From assembly GCA_958009085.1 (NCBI GenBank), contig OY253676.1, forward strand, positions 248,001 to 312,000: a DNA stretch of 64,000 nt. Reading direction: 5' to 3'. Made by a program: the position numbers and the translations under genes. Below, one piece after another: positions 51,929 to 64,000 of the stretch. The DNA comes from Protoeuglena noctilucae. Lineage: Eukaryota. The notes under the pieces are model-generated. The model had not been told where the DNA came from. It was given only the letters and a program-made list of their open reading frames with translations, and searched no databases. The first letter of the stretch is position 1. Each line of letters opens with the position of its first letter.

Positions 51929-52355
51929 GGTTCCCTGCCCTCCCAGAACGACACCGGCTCTCCCTTGTTATCCCGATTACGGCGACGGCAGCCCCCGAAG
52001 CGCACCTACTCCGAAGCTTCGACGTGTCTTCAGAATGGCCGGCGCGCGGCAAATGGAAATCTAGATTTTGCGACCAATGTTTCTAGCACGTCGATTGCCC
52101 CTCGCTTTGGCTGCCCAATCAGTGCCACAGTGCCGCTGTCTTCATTCGCGTTGCTGTCCTGGCAGAGCGGACCCCACGCACGTCGGCTGTGCTGCAGCTC
52201 GTCCCATTGTTGCCCAAGCCGCGTTCCGCGCCTGGCAGCGGTCGGCAGCCGCGAGGGAGGGAGGTGGCTGGGAGTGCGGTGGACACCTCGGGGAGTCGTC
52301 GACAGGAATGGCGAGGGCGGGGAAAGGCCAATCGTGACGACCGCATTTGACGCGG

Positions 52356-54569
52356 ATGGTGTGGGGATACCTGGGCCCCCTCGTCGGAATTGGTGGGCAG
52401 GTGACCCGTGGTTTGGGCTTCTTCACGGCGAACAGGCCGCCAGGGCGGGCGATATCGAGCGCGACGCGAGTATTGACGCGCAGGCTCGCTTTCCTGCCTG
52501 GCTCGCTGCGCTCCGGACGTTCGCCTCTCCTTTCGCATGCACAGGAAACAGGGGCAGCGGGTGGAGCGGGAGGCAGGGATGACGCCCTCGAGCGGTACAG
52601 GGAGGGGGTGCGTCAGCTGCTGAGCCTATGAGAAATCCGGCCCCTGTCCTGTGTTAACCCCGCGCCGACTGCCCCGCCCTGGCAGGCGCATTCTGTGTTT
52701 CCGACCTTCACCTGCAGCCTGCGCCCCCCGATACAGGCTGGGAATGCCTCTCGTGCCCGCAGAGCGACACGGGGTCTGAGGCGGGGACGAGCGCGCGAGG
52801 GCAAAGCCGTGGCGGCAAGGAGCAGGCGAGTCGCGGACGGGAGCTTGTCAGCAGGATATCCGATGTTCATTTTCCATCCAAGCGTGGTTATCGGAGCGAA
52901 TGCGGCCTTGATATGCCTTCACAGACGCCACCACTGCCATATCCAGATCCTGCCCGCCCGCACAGAAAGCTTCTTGCCTGTGTTTCGGGGGAAAGAAGAG
53001 CGGGAGCAAGAAGAAGCTGCCTGCGCCCGCAACCAAGGACCGCGTCCCGGCCAAGGGGGCCGACCGTGATGCAGACCGCCCCAGGCACCAGGCCTCCTTC
53101 AGTGCCCTTGACAGAGGCCCTGCAGGGGGCCCGGGGTCTCAGGTGTGCGCCGCTGGATGCCTGCGATCCGCTCGAGTGCCCAGATCCACCTGTGCTGCAA
53201 CACAGCAATCCCGGCCCTCGCGCCTCATCGCAGACCAGCAGACGCGACCCTGCCGCCATCGCCATGGAGGTGCAGGAGGCGGCTCGGCAGCGGCTCGCAG
53301 GCCAATGTCAGCGCACTCAGGTGCGTTCGGAGCCGCCTGCGCCTGACATCGAACCCGGGTTAGGCGCAGTGCAGTCGCCATGGCTCCCTCCTCCCCTCCT
53401 TCCAGAACCAAATGCTGGCGGGTCAGAGGTCATCCGAACGCAACCTGGCTGGACCGCGATCGCTGCCGCCGGACAGCGCCCTCCTCCGCATGACCTCCAC
53501 CAATCGGGCGACCGCTCGCAACCTGCGGCTCTCGAACGGCCCCCCCGTGACACCTCAGCGTCGCACGAGCCTGCGATCCCAGGTGACCGTCTGTGCGCCC
53601 ACTCAACTCGCTCTGTCGTCGCGCTCGTAGGGCCCTTGCGAGGCTGGCACGGCCCACGCGGTCAGGCTGGGCCTAGCAACGGGTTCAGTGACCTCAGCCG
53701 CGCCATCCCCGCAGCTCCTTCGCTCCGGCTCCATCCTGGAAGGCGCGGGGTCGGATATCAGTGGCTCCGTGCGTGTTGCACGCGCCAAGGCTTTTTCGGA
53801 GTTTGACTCCCGCAGCGCACCCATCCGCACCCTGTGAGTCCTCGCTCCATGGCACGACACCTCGCACAGCGCTGCGCTCCGTCGACGCATGTGCCCTCAC
53901 TTTGCGCCCTGCGCCCTCTTGCCCGCAGTGGCGCCCCGGCCAGCACCATATGTGAGGCGCACCGCCATCACCGCTCCAGATACCCGCGCTCTGCGTGCTC
54001 GTGGCACTCCGCTACCAGCATCGCCTACTTCGGTCGTTGCGCTCAAAACAACACTTTCCTCATCTGTCCCCTCCACACCATTCCTCTCTCGCTCCCTTCC
54101 CAGATGCCGGATCCGACAGGGTCGCGAGGCTCCAGCGCCGGAGGTCCATGCGCAACACGCCCACGGCCGCGGAGCTCCAGCAGTACGCCAGGTGCGTCTG
54201 GCAAAGATATTGCTCAAGTCTGTGATCCGGGCAAGGGCGTGTTGTTGGCGGTGCCAGGCATGACGTGCTTTCGGCCCTCGCGTGACGTGCTTTGACGGGG
54301 CTGTCGCAGGGACCACGAGGACGCCACGGAGCTGGGGACCGGGCCCGGTATTCTCACCGACATCGCCACAGGGATCACGAATATGATTTTTGGGGAAGCC
54401 AAGGGCGCCAAGGTGAGGGACGAGTACGAGAGTAGGCCGAGCCTTGTAATCACACTCGTCTGTGCCCTGAGCTATAGAGACGTGCCTCCCCACGCCCCTC
54501 GCGCAGGACCCGTACGATCCCTACAACCACGCTGCGCCCGAGCTGGGAAGCCGTAACGAGTTTGGTTGA
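52356..54569 (+). CDS. Hypothetical multi-exon low-complexity protein
   Basis: In-frame exon chain MVWGYLGPLVGIGGQ|ETGAAG...|PAPPDTG...|TPPLPYP... and terminal exons ...AELQQYAR|DHEDATE...|DPYDPYNH...NEFG*. Middle junctions are uncertain; no family recognised. Confidence 0.45.
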
Positions 54570-54960
54570 GACTGGGACGGCTTTCAACTTCAGTGTTGCG
54601 TAGAGTGTCACGGCACGCCAGGTCAGGTCTCGCACAGCCAGGACAAGGGCAGGTTGAACCGCGATCGAATTGCTCGCGGAGGCACAACAGCGAGCCGCGC
54701 TCCGCACAGCTGGAGGGCAGCGGCTGCGCTCGATCAAAGGCACGGGTGATAGCGGGTGGTTCTGTTGCGTAGGTAAGGGAGGTAAGGGTCAGCGGAAAAG
54801 ACCTTTGGGTGGCCGCGTGCGCTGAAGAGGCCGCGCCCGGAGGGGCCGCCGGCTGCTGAGGGGTCACGGCGAACCAATTCCACAAAAAGCGGCACATGGT
54901 ATGCACCGTGAAGGGAGGCGTGACCATGGGCGATTCGCATGGGCCTCAGGCGGCGGCTCG

Positions 54961-57900
54961 TCAGACGCCGGGAGTCTCGCTTATCACTTTCTCCCAGCGG
55001 CGGTGGTCACCGACCAAGTTGAGTCCCAGCCGCGTGAGCTCGGAGTCGCGCCCCACGACATCCAGCAAGTAGGTCTCCATAATGCCCTTCCCTGCGTGGG
55101 TTGGGTCGGTGCGGGGGTCACAGGGGCTCATTCATGATGCCCCAGCCACACCAGAAGCATGTGCTGCACTGTCACGCCCCAGAGCGTCAACGCTTAATTA
55201 CCGACGCCAGGCACAACTGCACATCATCGTCCACCACTCGCCTTTAACGTCGATGACGCGCTTGGTGAAGAGACCCTTGAACCTCTCCGGAAGACCCTCC
55301 CAGAAAGCCTGGGGACACAAAAGGGTGGTCGAACAGGGCTGAGGAACGGCACGGCATCTCGGTGACACGAGCAGTATACGAGGTGAGGTCAGGATCAGCA
55401 CGTCATGGCGCGTGTCGCCTTGGTGGTGGTGATGTGGAGGGGCAGGGAGTTGGACTCCATGCGGCTCGCCACGTTCATCGTGTCCCCCACGAGGCTCATC
55501 ACGCGGCGCTTGAGGCCCAGCACGCCCGCCGCCACTGCGGGAGGCCGAGCGAGGGTGCGCGGGAAGTCATCATCAGTCACTCCCAGCGCAGGAGGTGCCA
55601 TGCTCGCATACAGTGACGGGACGCGGTAATGCGAGCTCCCGAGCTCACCTGGCCCGGTGTGCAGCCCGACGCGTGCTTGCAAATGGACCTGCCCGGTTGG
55701 CAGGCTCAGCACCGTGGCTCGCACGACGTTTATCAGCGTGACTCCCATGATCAACGCCGTCTCCCGGTGGCGGGGATCGCTCTTGACGAGGTTACCCGCG
55801 ACGATGTATGCGTCCCCGACTGCGGGTGCGTGGTAGCAGCGCTTGGGTATCAGTATCACGCTATGCGACATGTAAGGCACACCGCTGCATGTCGCGAGCG
55901 CAGCTGAGCCAGGCTGAGGGCGTGTCGTCACCTGTCTCGTACTTGTGCACGTCCAGGTAAGTGCTGACTGCGAGCAGGGACGACAGCGTCGGCACCTCAC
56001 AGCAAGGCAAGCGCTCTGTGGCCCCTGCCCCGCGTGTAAGTGCTGCTTCCCAAGACGAGCCGAGGAGCACGGGTGATTAACTAGCAACTGCTCACCCTTG
56101 TCTAACACGGAGAACATCGAGTGGAGCGTCATGAGCGTGACGCGCGGGTGCAGGTCGGTCGAGATGGTCGTGAAGCCCACGAGGTCGGAGAACATCATCG
56201 TCACTTCCGAGTGCTCCTTGTAGAAGGCCAGCGACTGGGTCGTGAAGCCGGGCACCCCCGTCAGGCTGAAGGGCGGGTGGTAGCCGTCCTCCTCGTCTCG
56301 ATCCAGGGACTGCTGGCTGCGCGTGCTGCACGTGGGGAGGGAGCCAAGGTCCTTGAGGTGATTGGAGGGACTGTTGGAGCCAAGGGATGCTAAGCCAGCA
56401 AACACTCTCGAATGGCCAGACTGACGAGGCATGGGGTTTTGACATGCGCACTCGACATGCGCTTGGCTGCCACCGTGATGGCCTGCCGTGAAGGCAAGGG
56501 CCATAACATGTTGCGACGAGGGAGGCACCTGCTGGGGACGGGCAGCCGGCCCTTGTGGCTCAGGGACCGCCGGCGTTGCATGGACACGGCCGGCTCAATG
56601 CCCGACTCTGAAGCGGACGTGGGCTCCTCCGCAGCCCGGGACAAGAGCGGGGTGGGCAGTCTCTGCAGGAAGATAGCCAGGCGCGCCAGGGGTGAGCCAA
56701 GCTGTAAGCGAAGCAGCCGGTGTGGCAAGGCGACGACAGCGGCTGGCATCGTTGGTTCACGACAGACTGCACAGCAGCTGGCTTTCTGCTCCGCTGGAGC
56801 TGCATCGCAGGGCTGCAGTCACCTCTCCTGCCGCCGTCTGCTGCGAGCTGCTGCCCTTGCTCCCCTTGGAGCTCTTCTTTCCTTGGGGCGCTGACACCGA
56901 GGCGTCCTCCGCGGGCCTAACCCTGCGTGCCAATCGATGGTGCCCATATCAGCAACAGTGCTGTCATGACTCTGACGACTCTGACGACTGCGTTGCTGCA
57001 ACCCCGTCGTAAGTGCGACGCGCTAATGACTGCACGCCTGTCGACCACCAGCACACCGCACCCCACATACCAATCATGCCCACTCAGCTGGGTGGCTGCG
57101 ATGCATTCTCACCGGATGCTGTTGCCGCCCATCCTCGTCTGCAGGCGCTCGACCTGCCTACGCGAGAAGTTGAGCACCAGGGTGTCTGCCACCTCCCTGG
57201 GCACCATGTCGCGCAAAAGGCGGTCCCTGCATACGAAGAAAGGGGCAACACGTCATTGTGAATAAGATGGTTTGATTGCAAGCATCATGGTACCACCATG
57301 ATGCCAAGCCAGTGCAATGTTATAATGAGAAAGGGCCCGTGGCTCCCTAGAACCTCGCAAGCCCGCCGGGGGTCCCCTTCCCACACTCCCGCCCCGCCCC
57401 GCTTTGATGCGACACCCACCTTTGCTCCGAGATGACCCGGGAGGCGCGGATGCCGATTCCCATGACCAGAAAGACGCAGACGAAGACGAGGATGGCCGAG
57501 GCGCACTCGTAGCCCGAGATATAGACCACGGTGGAGCCCGAGTAGGCGTAGGGCACGGCGACACGCCAGCCGGCGAGGAGCAGCGTGGCGGGGCACACGA
57601 CCCAGAAGAGCAGGAGGAGGATGTGCAGCATCAGCACCTCGTCCACGCCCTTCTCGTAAGCCGTCTACGAGAGCCGAGGCGCACAAAGGTGACATTTCTG
57701 TGACATAAACCCACGGCATACATGCACTGCACTGAACACCGAGAGTCGGCGCAAAGTACTGAAACAGTCGCAGCCCAGGCAGCGAGAGCCCGCTTGTCAC
57801 CTCCCAAATGCAGCATGCGTCGGCGCCGTGCTCGTAGGTCGACCGGCACTTGCGGCAGTTGCACATGCGCTTGCCGAACGGCCCCCACGACATGGGACGG

Positions 57901-59627
57901 GGTCCTCCGGGCCGGTGGATGATCTTGTCGCCTTTGCCTCTCTTGCACTCATACTGCGCCGCCAGCTTGGGGTCATCCTGCGCGCACAGACACAGCCGCT
58001 TGTCGGCACCTGTGTTGAGCACCGTGCATGCACACGCATGCCAGCGCCACCAGTGACAACTTCGGCCGAGCGCAGGGCTCACGTCGCGAATGGCGGCGAA
58101 GAAGGTCCACCAGCAGAGGCACAGGGCGAGGTAGACGAGGACGACCACCACGATGCGCACCACGCTCATCACGCCGTCGAAGCCCGTGTCCGGGAGGCGC
58201 GTCTCGCCGAATATCTGGCTGGCCAGGAGGGCAAAGAAGCCGAGCGCCATGCTGAACGACGCGGGGATGTGGGAGAGGTGGGACGCCGAGCCCCCAAACT
58301 GCGAGTGGAAGGCACCCGCATGAGGTGGGCTTGCTGGGTTGCTTGGATAGTTTGGCTGCATTAACTGTGCAGCTGGGTGCCGCAATCTGAATGTCGGAGA
58401 GAGATTGCTCTTGTTGTATTGTATTGCTCATTCCATCGCATGTCTCACCAGGAAGGCCCAGGCCAGGCTGACCATGGTCGCTGCAGACATGATGCGTCGC
58501 CAGTTGGCTGCTTGCCCTGGGAACCTCGGATCGGCCATTTGAAGGAACTGCGCGAACGGCAAACACGGCGGATCACGCTGGTAGGTGCGACGGGCAGAGC
58601 GGCGGCGCTGGTGCCGTGCTGGTGGGTGCTGCGCTCATGGCCTGCGTGACGCACCTGGAAGGGCAGGTACTGGGCGAACGACACGCAGTCGATGTACGGG
58701 AGGTGGACCATGGTCCATCGGGACGTGGATGGGATGAGGACCCCCGCAGCTGCCACTGCCAGCGGTATGATCCCGAAGGTCGCCAGCCACAGCGACGCCG
58801 TCATCACCTCCTCGACGCGCCTGCGCCGTGGTAGGAATGACTGTCAGGTCTGGCAGTGACGGCGCACGCCCGCAGCACGTTCACAGTGCAGTCAGGACGG
58901 ATGCCAGCAGCTTGGCACAAGCATTGGCGCTTGCTGGCTCTCACCAGGCCTCTTCGTAGCTGAGGCTGCGGTACTTGATGTACTGGTGGACGTCGATCCG
59001 GTACATGAAGATGTCCGCAAAGCGGAACTGCACCGGCGAGGCGATCTGGATCATGTAGAGCACTTGCGCGCAGATGAGCAGGGCCCGGAAGCACGCGACT
59101 TTGATGGGCGTGTCGAAGATGAAGCCCTTCTGGAGGCTCCCGAGGATGAGCTTGATGTCGGGCGAGAGGAAATGCGCGAGGGCGTTCTGGATGCGCCCCA
59201 GCCTGGGCCGCCTTTCCTTTATCTTTGGGCTGGATGGCGCCAGAAAGACCTCCCTCGGTCCAGCTGCGTACTCCGATGCCGCCTGACTCGAGAACGGCCT
59301 GCGTACGGCATCAGCGCGCGTCATGGCGCCTCGAGCAACGTCGGTGCTGCAGCTGCGGTGCTCAGGTGCGGTCCTCCCGACGCCAACTCACCCCCGCGCG
59401 ACGCTCGGTCGGGTGTCCGACGTCCCGGGCTCCTCCGTGTGACAGCGGGACCGAGGGACCGTCGCAGGCCCTCCCGCCGGGGTAGCATCGACGTCTGCAA
59501 GCTCGTCTTGCTGCCCAGGGGCGTTTTCAGAGTCCATCTGCTCCGTCTCCCGAGGCTCCTCTGGAACAGCTGCACAGGAACGGAAACGCGGCTCTGTTCG
59601 CGGGCCCGCTGACGGGAGTGCAGCCAT
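54961..59627 (-). CDS. Membrane class III nucleotidyl (probably guanylyl) cyclase with ~8 N-terminal TM helices
   Basis: VTMMFSDLVGFT, KYETVGDAY, RVGLHTGP, SLVGDTMNVASRMES, VKGKGIMETY; signalling-helix-like DRLLRDMVPREVADTL after the TM bundle. Start codon uncertain. Confidence 0.85.
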
Positions 59628-60637
59628 GCGTGGCAGGCGCCCCGGCCTCAACACCCAGAGCCGCGCCGTTGTCGGGTCGTGGGCGCAATGTGCGCGTGCG
59701 TTTACGCGCTTGACACATGACAATTCCGTCTCTCGCCTGGAACGGACGGGCCCGGGGCCAGCGCCGCCTGCCGAGGCTCTGGATCCTCCAGGTCGCGGGC
59801 GGTCACCGTACGGAAGAGACCAGAGCGGCCGATCACCAGGGGAGACGGTGGTGACATGTTGGGATGCCAAGATGAAGGGACGACCGTCCGGGACGACGCG
59901 CGTGCGACCCGGCGCGCCCACGAAGCGGGGCCTGCGATGGCGAGCCGGGATGCAGCGGTAACGCGGCCGCGCGCCTGCGTCCACTTCTCAGGGCAGCACA
60001 AATGGTCGTCCATCGCAAATGCGCGGGTGCGGAGGCGCGGCTAGGGTCGCCACGCGCGCGAAAGGGCACCCCACATCTGTTGGCTCCCAGAGCGCCGGCG
60101 ACCGCGGTTCGTTTAGGCTGGGAAGGGGCCGTGCCAGGCAGGACCGAGAGGTCACATGCTGACGTTTTGGCTGCTGCCACGCTACTAAAGGCCATGTGAA
60201 AGCTGAGGCCGCAGCACAGCCACGCGACACACACTTCTGCAGCCCCAGCAGTTGTCCAAGGCCGAGGAATGCTGATGCATGCCTGCAGCTACTTAGTTCG
60301 TATAAAAGAAAGCTTCTGCATCCACGCGCGTGGCGCCCCACCCACCAATGTGGCACGCTCGACATCTGAGAAACTTGCCTGGGCACCCCTATGCACGCCA
60401 ATCAATGTGCGTCCCCGCTTGATTCTAACTGTCGCTCCTAATGTCCATGCCGTGTCGTCCCGCGTCGTCCCGCGCCTGCTTCAGCGGGCCTCGCGTCTCG
60501 CGTTCGACTGGCCGAGGCAGTTCGGTTCAATGCTCTAACAAGCCGAGGCTCTTCACACTTGAACAACTATCGCAATGCGCTTGTTCTCGTCGATGCTAAA
60601 CACGAAACAACGAAACCCTAATGCACTTTCGACGCTG

Positions 60638-63600
60638 TCAGCGCCGATATTTGTCAAATCCGTCACCGGCGACAGCACGAATCACCGAAAAGACGGCAGT
60701 CGCAACGCCGGCTGCCGTGAAAACACCTCTCGACACCGCCAGGAGCCGGTTGCCTCTGCGTGAGGTGTTCTCCCCCCCCTGAGAGCTGCGGGCAGCTTGG
60801 GCCCGGAGCGAGGCGCGACGGGCCTGGTTCCGGGAGCTTGCGGCCGTGAGGGGCGAGAGGTACACGGCAGGCAGCGGGCTCTTGCGCCGCGGGTCGTTGC
60901 TCCCGGCAACGCTGCGAGGGCGAGAGCGTGGAAGGGCCAGGTCAGGGGCTTGCACGAACCCATAGACGGCCCAGCGCGGCCCGGCGCCCCCGGCACGCAC
61001 CTGTGTGTGCCCGGGGAGCGCAGGAGGAGGCTTGCGGGAGTGGTGGTACCGGGGTCAGGCGCTCCAAAGGCTGGCACCACTGAGCGCGGCGATGCTGGCG
61101 CGGGGCTGGGCGCCAGCGGCGTGGGCGGGTAGGCACCGCCTCCGGCACCGCCCGGCGGGCCCCCCGCGGGCGCCCCCGCAGATGCCCCGCCGTCGTGGAC
61201 GGCGGCGAGGAGCACGTCGTATGCCGCTTGCACAGCGGCCAGCTGCTGGGCCGCGGCGCGCGCCCGTGCGTCCGCGGCTGCCGCGTTGTCCTCTGCCCGA
61301 GCCACCTCGGCCGCCCACCGCGCGTCCGCCCCGCCACCCTTGCCGCTGGGCACCAGGCCCGCTGCTGCGCGCGCCCTCTCGTCCGCGTCTCGCCGCTGGG
61401 CCTCCGCAGCCTGGCGCGCGGCCTCGGAAGCCTCCGCGGCGCGCGCGGCAGCCGCCAGGCGCAGTCGCTCCGATGCCAACGCCTCCTCTAGAGCTGCGCA
61501 CCTGGCACGCAAGCGGGTCGCCTCCACCTCTGCCGCCGCGACTCTCTGCGGGAAAGCAGACGAGCCGCAAAGCTCATTTCCCGAACTGTGCACGAACGGC
61601 TCGAGCGCCGCGCCGCACGACATGTCGGGACATTGCTTCTCGTCACCTGCGCCAGTCCCGTCGCCGCCTCTGCCGCCCTCTTCTCGTCTGCCGGCCCCAC
61701 CCCCGCGAGCCGCGACTGCAGCGCCGCCACGGTCGCCCGCAGCGACGCTGCCTCCTCCTCGAGCTCCCGCACCCGCGCCCCGTACACGTCCGCCACCCTC
61801 GCAGCCACGGCATCGCCAAGGGACTCCGCCCGCAGAGCTGCAGCGACCGGGCCCACACCCTCGGCACCCAGGCCGTCGAGGGGCGCCGGGCCCGCCGCGT
61901 TCCTCCGCACAGCGGCGTCCCTCTCGGCCCGGACTGACGACGCCTCTGCCATCCACCGTTGGGTGGCCGCCTCCGCCTCAGCACGCTGCCGCTTGGCATC
62001 GTCCGCCTGCCGGCGCGACCGCTCGGCGTCGGCGACTGCAGCGTCGTGCAAGGATCCCAGCGCGGCGCAGGTCCCTTCCAGCTCCACGACCTGCACCGGG
62101 GAGCGAAGGGGTCACGGCATATGGACTTAAATGACTGCAAGTGTTACTTCACTGCTCATAACGGCAGCAGAAGACCTGAACATTTTCATCGGCGCATCGC
62201 TTGCGCATTCCCATTCCCCAGCCTACCTTGCGCTTGAGGTCCTCTGCCGCCGCCTCCAGCTCTGCCACTTTCATCGACCCTCCCAACGCTGCGGACTCCA
62301 CGCTCGCTCGCACGCCCCCTCGGGACTCCGCCAACGCCTTGCCAGCCTCGCCGCCCTTCTTGGCACCTTCCGTGCCGCGCGAGGTGCCGCCCACGGTCCC
62401 TGCACCACCAGCACTCGGCACCGTCGCCCCCGTTGCATCCCGCACCATCTCGGCCGCCAGCTCCCGCAGCTTCCCCCGCAACGCCGCGACCTCCTCGTCG
62501 CGCTCCTTGAGGCGCTTGCGGAAGGCAGTCTCCGCCCGCTGGGCCGCCTCAGCAGCGGCGGCCGCAGCTATGTCCGCCGCAGACGTGCCAGTCGCGCCCC
62601 CGCCCTCGCGCCCGTCCCCGCGGCCCGAGCGCCGCGCCTCGCGAGCCTTATCGGCCGCAGCCTCGAGGGCCGCGACGCGGGCCTGCGCCGCTGCGAGGTC
62701 CCGCTCCAGCGCCCGTGCTTGCGCTGAGCCATCCGCAACCCCCGTCGATGACGCGGCACGCAGCGCGCCTGCAGCCGCCTCCAGAGCCCGCACGGTCGAG
62801 CGCAGACGCGCGCACTCGGCCTCCGCTGCCACCGCGCGCCTGTTTGCCTCCGCGGCGTCCCCCGTTGAAGGTCCCGCGTCTGCCCCACGCACTGCCCCCG
62901 ACTCCCCATCAGCCCCCACTGCCCCTTCCGCCGCCCCTTCCGCTGCGCCCTGGGGCCGGGCCGAGGCGGGCGCGCGCGGCGCTGGCATGCGGAAGGGCCT
63001 GCGGCGGATGACGCCGTCCTGCCGGGCGTGGACGTCACCTCGGCGGCAGTCACGGAAGTTGCACCCGCGCTCCTCAATGACAGCTGGCCCCCAGCACTCG
63101 AGCCCCGCCTCCCCGCAACGCGTCACGATGGTCCCCTCGAAGGCAGCCTGGCCCCCGTTGAACACGAATGCGCCGTTGCGCTGGCAGTCCACGATCTCGC
63201 TGCCGCGCATCGCGAGCCGCGTACCTTGGTTCTGCACGCTGACGCCCATGCCGCCGCTGCGGTTGCGGCATTCCCGCACCGTGCACCCCTCCACGTCCAC
63301 GTGTGCACCCCCTGCCACCATGAGACCTCCCCCCACGAGCGTGACGCCCGCCAGGCGCAGGGATGCCCCATCCGACGCCCGCACTGCAAAGGGCAGGTCG
63401 CACCGCAGCGTGCCCCCGGTCACCGTCACGGGGCCATGATCCCCGCGGACGTCGAGCGGCCGCGACAACGCCAGCTCCCGGCCACCCAGGTCGATTGCCC
63501 CGCCCCTCGATACTGCAGCTCGCAGAGACGCCTGCGCACGCAAGGAGACTGGCGATGGAAGACTGAAGCCCAGAGACGATGCATGACTTGCCAAGACTGA

Positions 63601-64000
63601 TACAGATAGTAACAGGAGACAGGAACAGTCACAAACAGGATCGCAGCTACTACTGATCGACATGATGCATCGACCCACCTCGTCTGCCACGGTAGCAACT
63701 GTAGCCACGCCGGAAGCTGGCCCCTCCGGAGCCCCCGCCCGCTCCCATGACGCGTCCAGAGGAGGCGTGGCGTCGTCGGCGCCTTCATCTGGCAACGCTG
63801 TGCTTCCAAACCCGGACGCTCGTCCCTCGACACCGACGCTGTCGTCACCGCCGCCATTGCTGCGTCCAGTTCCCGTAGCTAAATCGTGCCGAGACCCATC
63901 CGCGCCTGCCTGGCTCTGAAGGCTCCCCTCCTGCTCGCCCGAAGCCACCCGCTGAGCGTGCATGTCGGCAACTTCGGCGTCGCGATCCGCCAGGGCACGC
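60638..64000 (-). CDS. Right-handed beta-helix plus coiled-coil protein with hydrophobic C-terminal tail (5' end outside window)
   Basis: IDLGGRELALSRPL...EGCTVRECR..GVSV..GSEIVDC..GAFVFNGG repeats, long Ala/Glu/Arg heptad regions, tail GVFTAAGVATAVFSVI. Confidence 0.65.

Noticed and set aside
60610..60622. Telomere-like AAACCCTAA
   Set aside because: Single copy with no array; compatible with chance or an isolated telo-box.
1..64000. Many long overlapping ORFs in the six-frame track (e.g. 16148..17422, 33129..34418, 51224..52582, 62201..63439)
   Set aside because: They are antisense or alternate-frame shadows of real GC-rich genes, Arg/Pro/Ala-rich and without recognisable motifs.
1..64000. 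tRNA, rRNA or snoRNA genes; functional gene cluster
   Set aside because: No convincing RNA gene structure was seen by eye, and neighbouring genes have unrelated functions.

Overview
Eukaryotic nuclear DNA from a compact, GC-rich, intron-rich genome. Nuclear-encoded plastid proteins (pdhB, RPE, carB, plastid S20, APE1) and TmcB-like genes point to a chlorophyte green alga; the exact lineage cannot be fixed from this window. About 21 spliced genes are tightly packed: GCN1 (3' part), DDX47/RRP3, a pseudokinase/beta-helix fusion, ATG14-like, RAD51C, SEC24, pdhB, a FAX/metaxin-type GST, a likely p1 subunit of the MTA1c DNA 6mA methyltransferase complex fused to a UBA domain, RPE, an internally shortened TmcB-like gene, carB, two inverted near-identical CaMK-type kinase copies around a 200-N gap, HRD3/SEL1L, plastid rpS20, APE1, UEV1, an 8-TM class III cyclase, a beta-helix/coiled-coil gene and two hypotheticals. 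Top leads: the p1-UBA fusion, a possible lysine-less rhodopsin-like cyclase, a high share of GC-AG introns, the pseudokinase/beta-helix fusion and the inverted kinase duplication. All gene models were spliced by eye and family calls are by motif recall, with no searches run.
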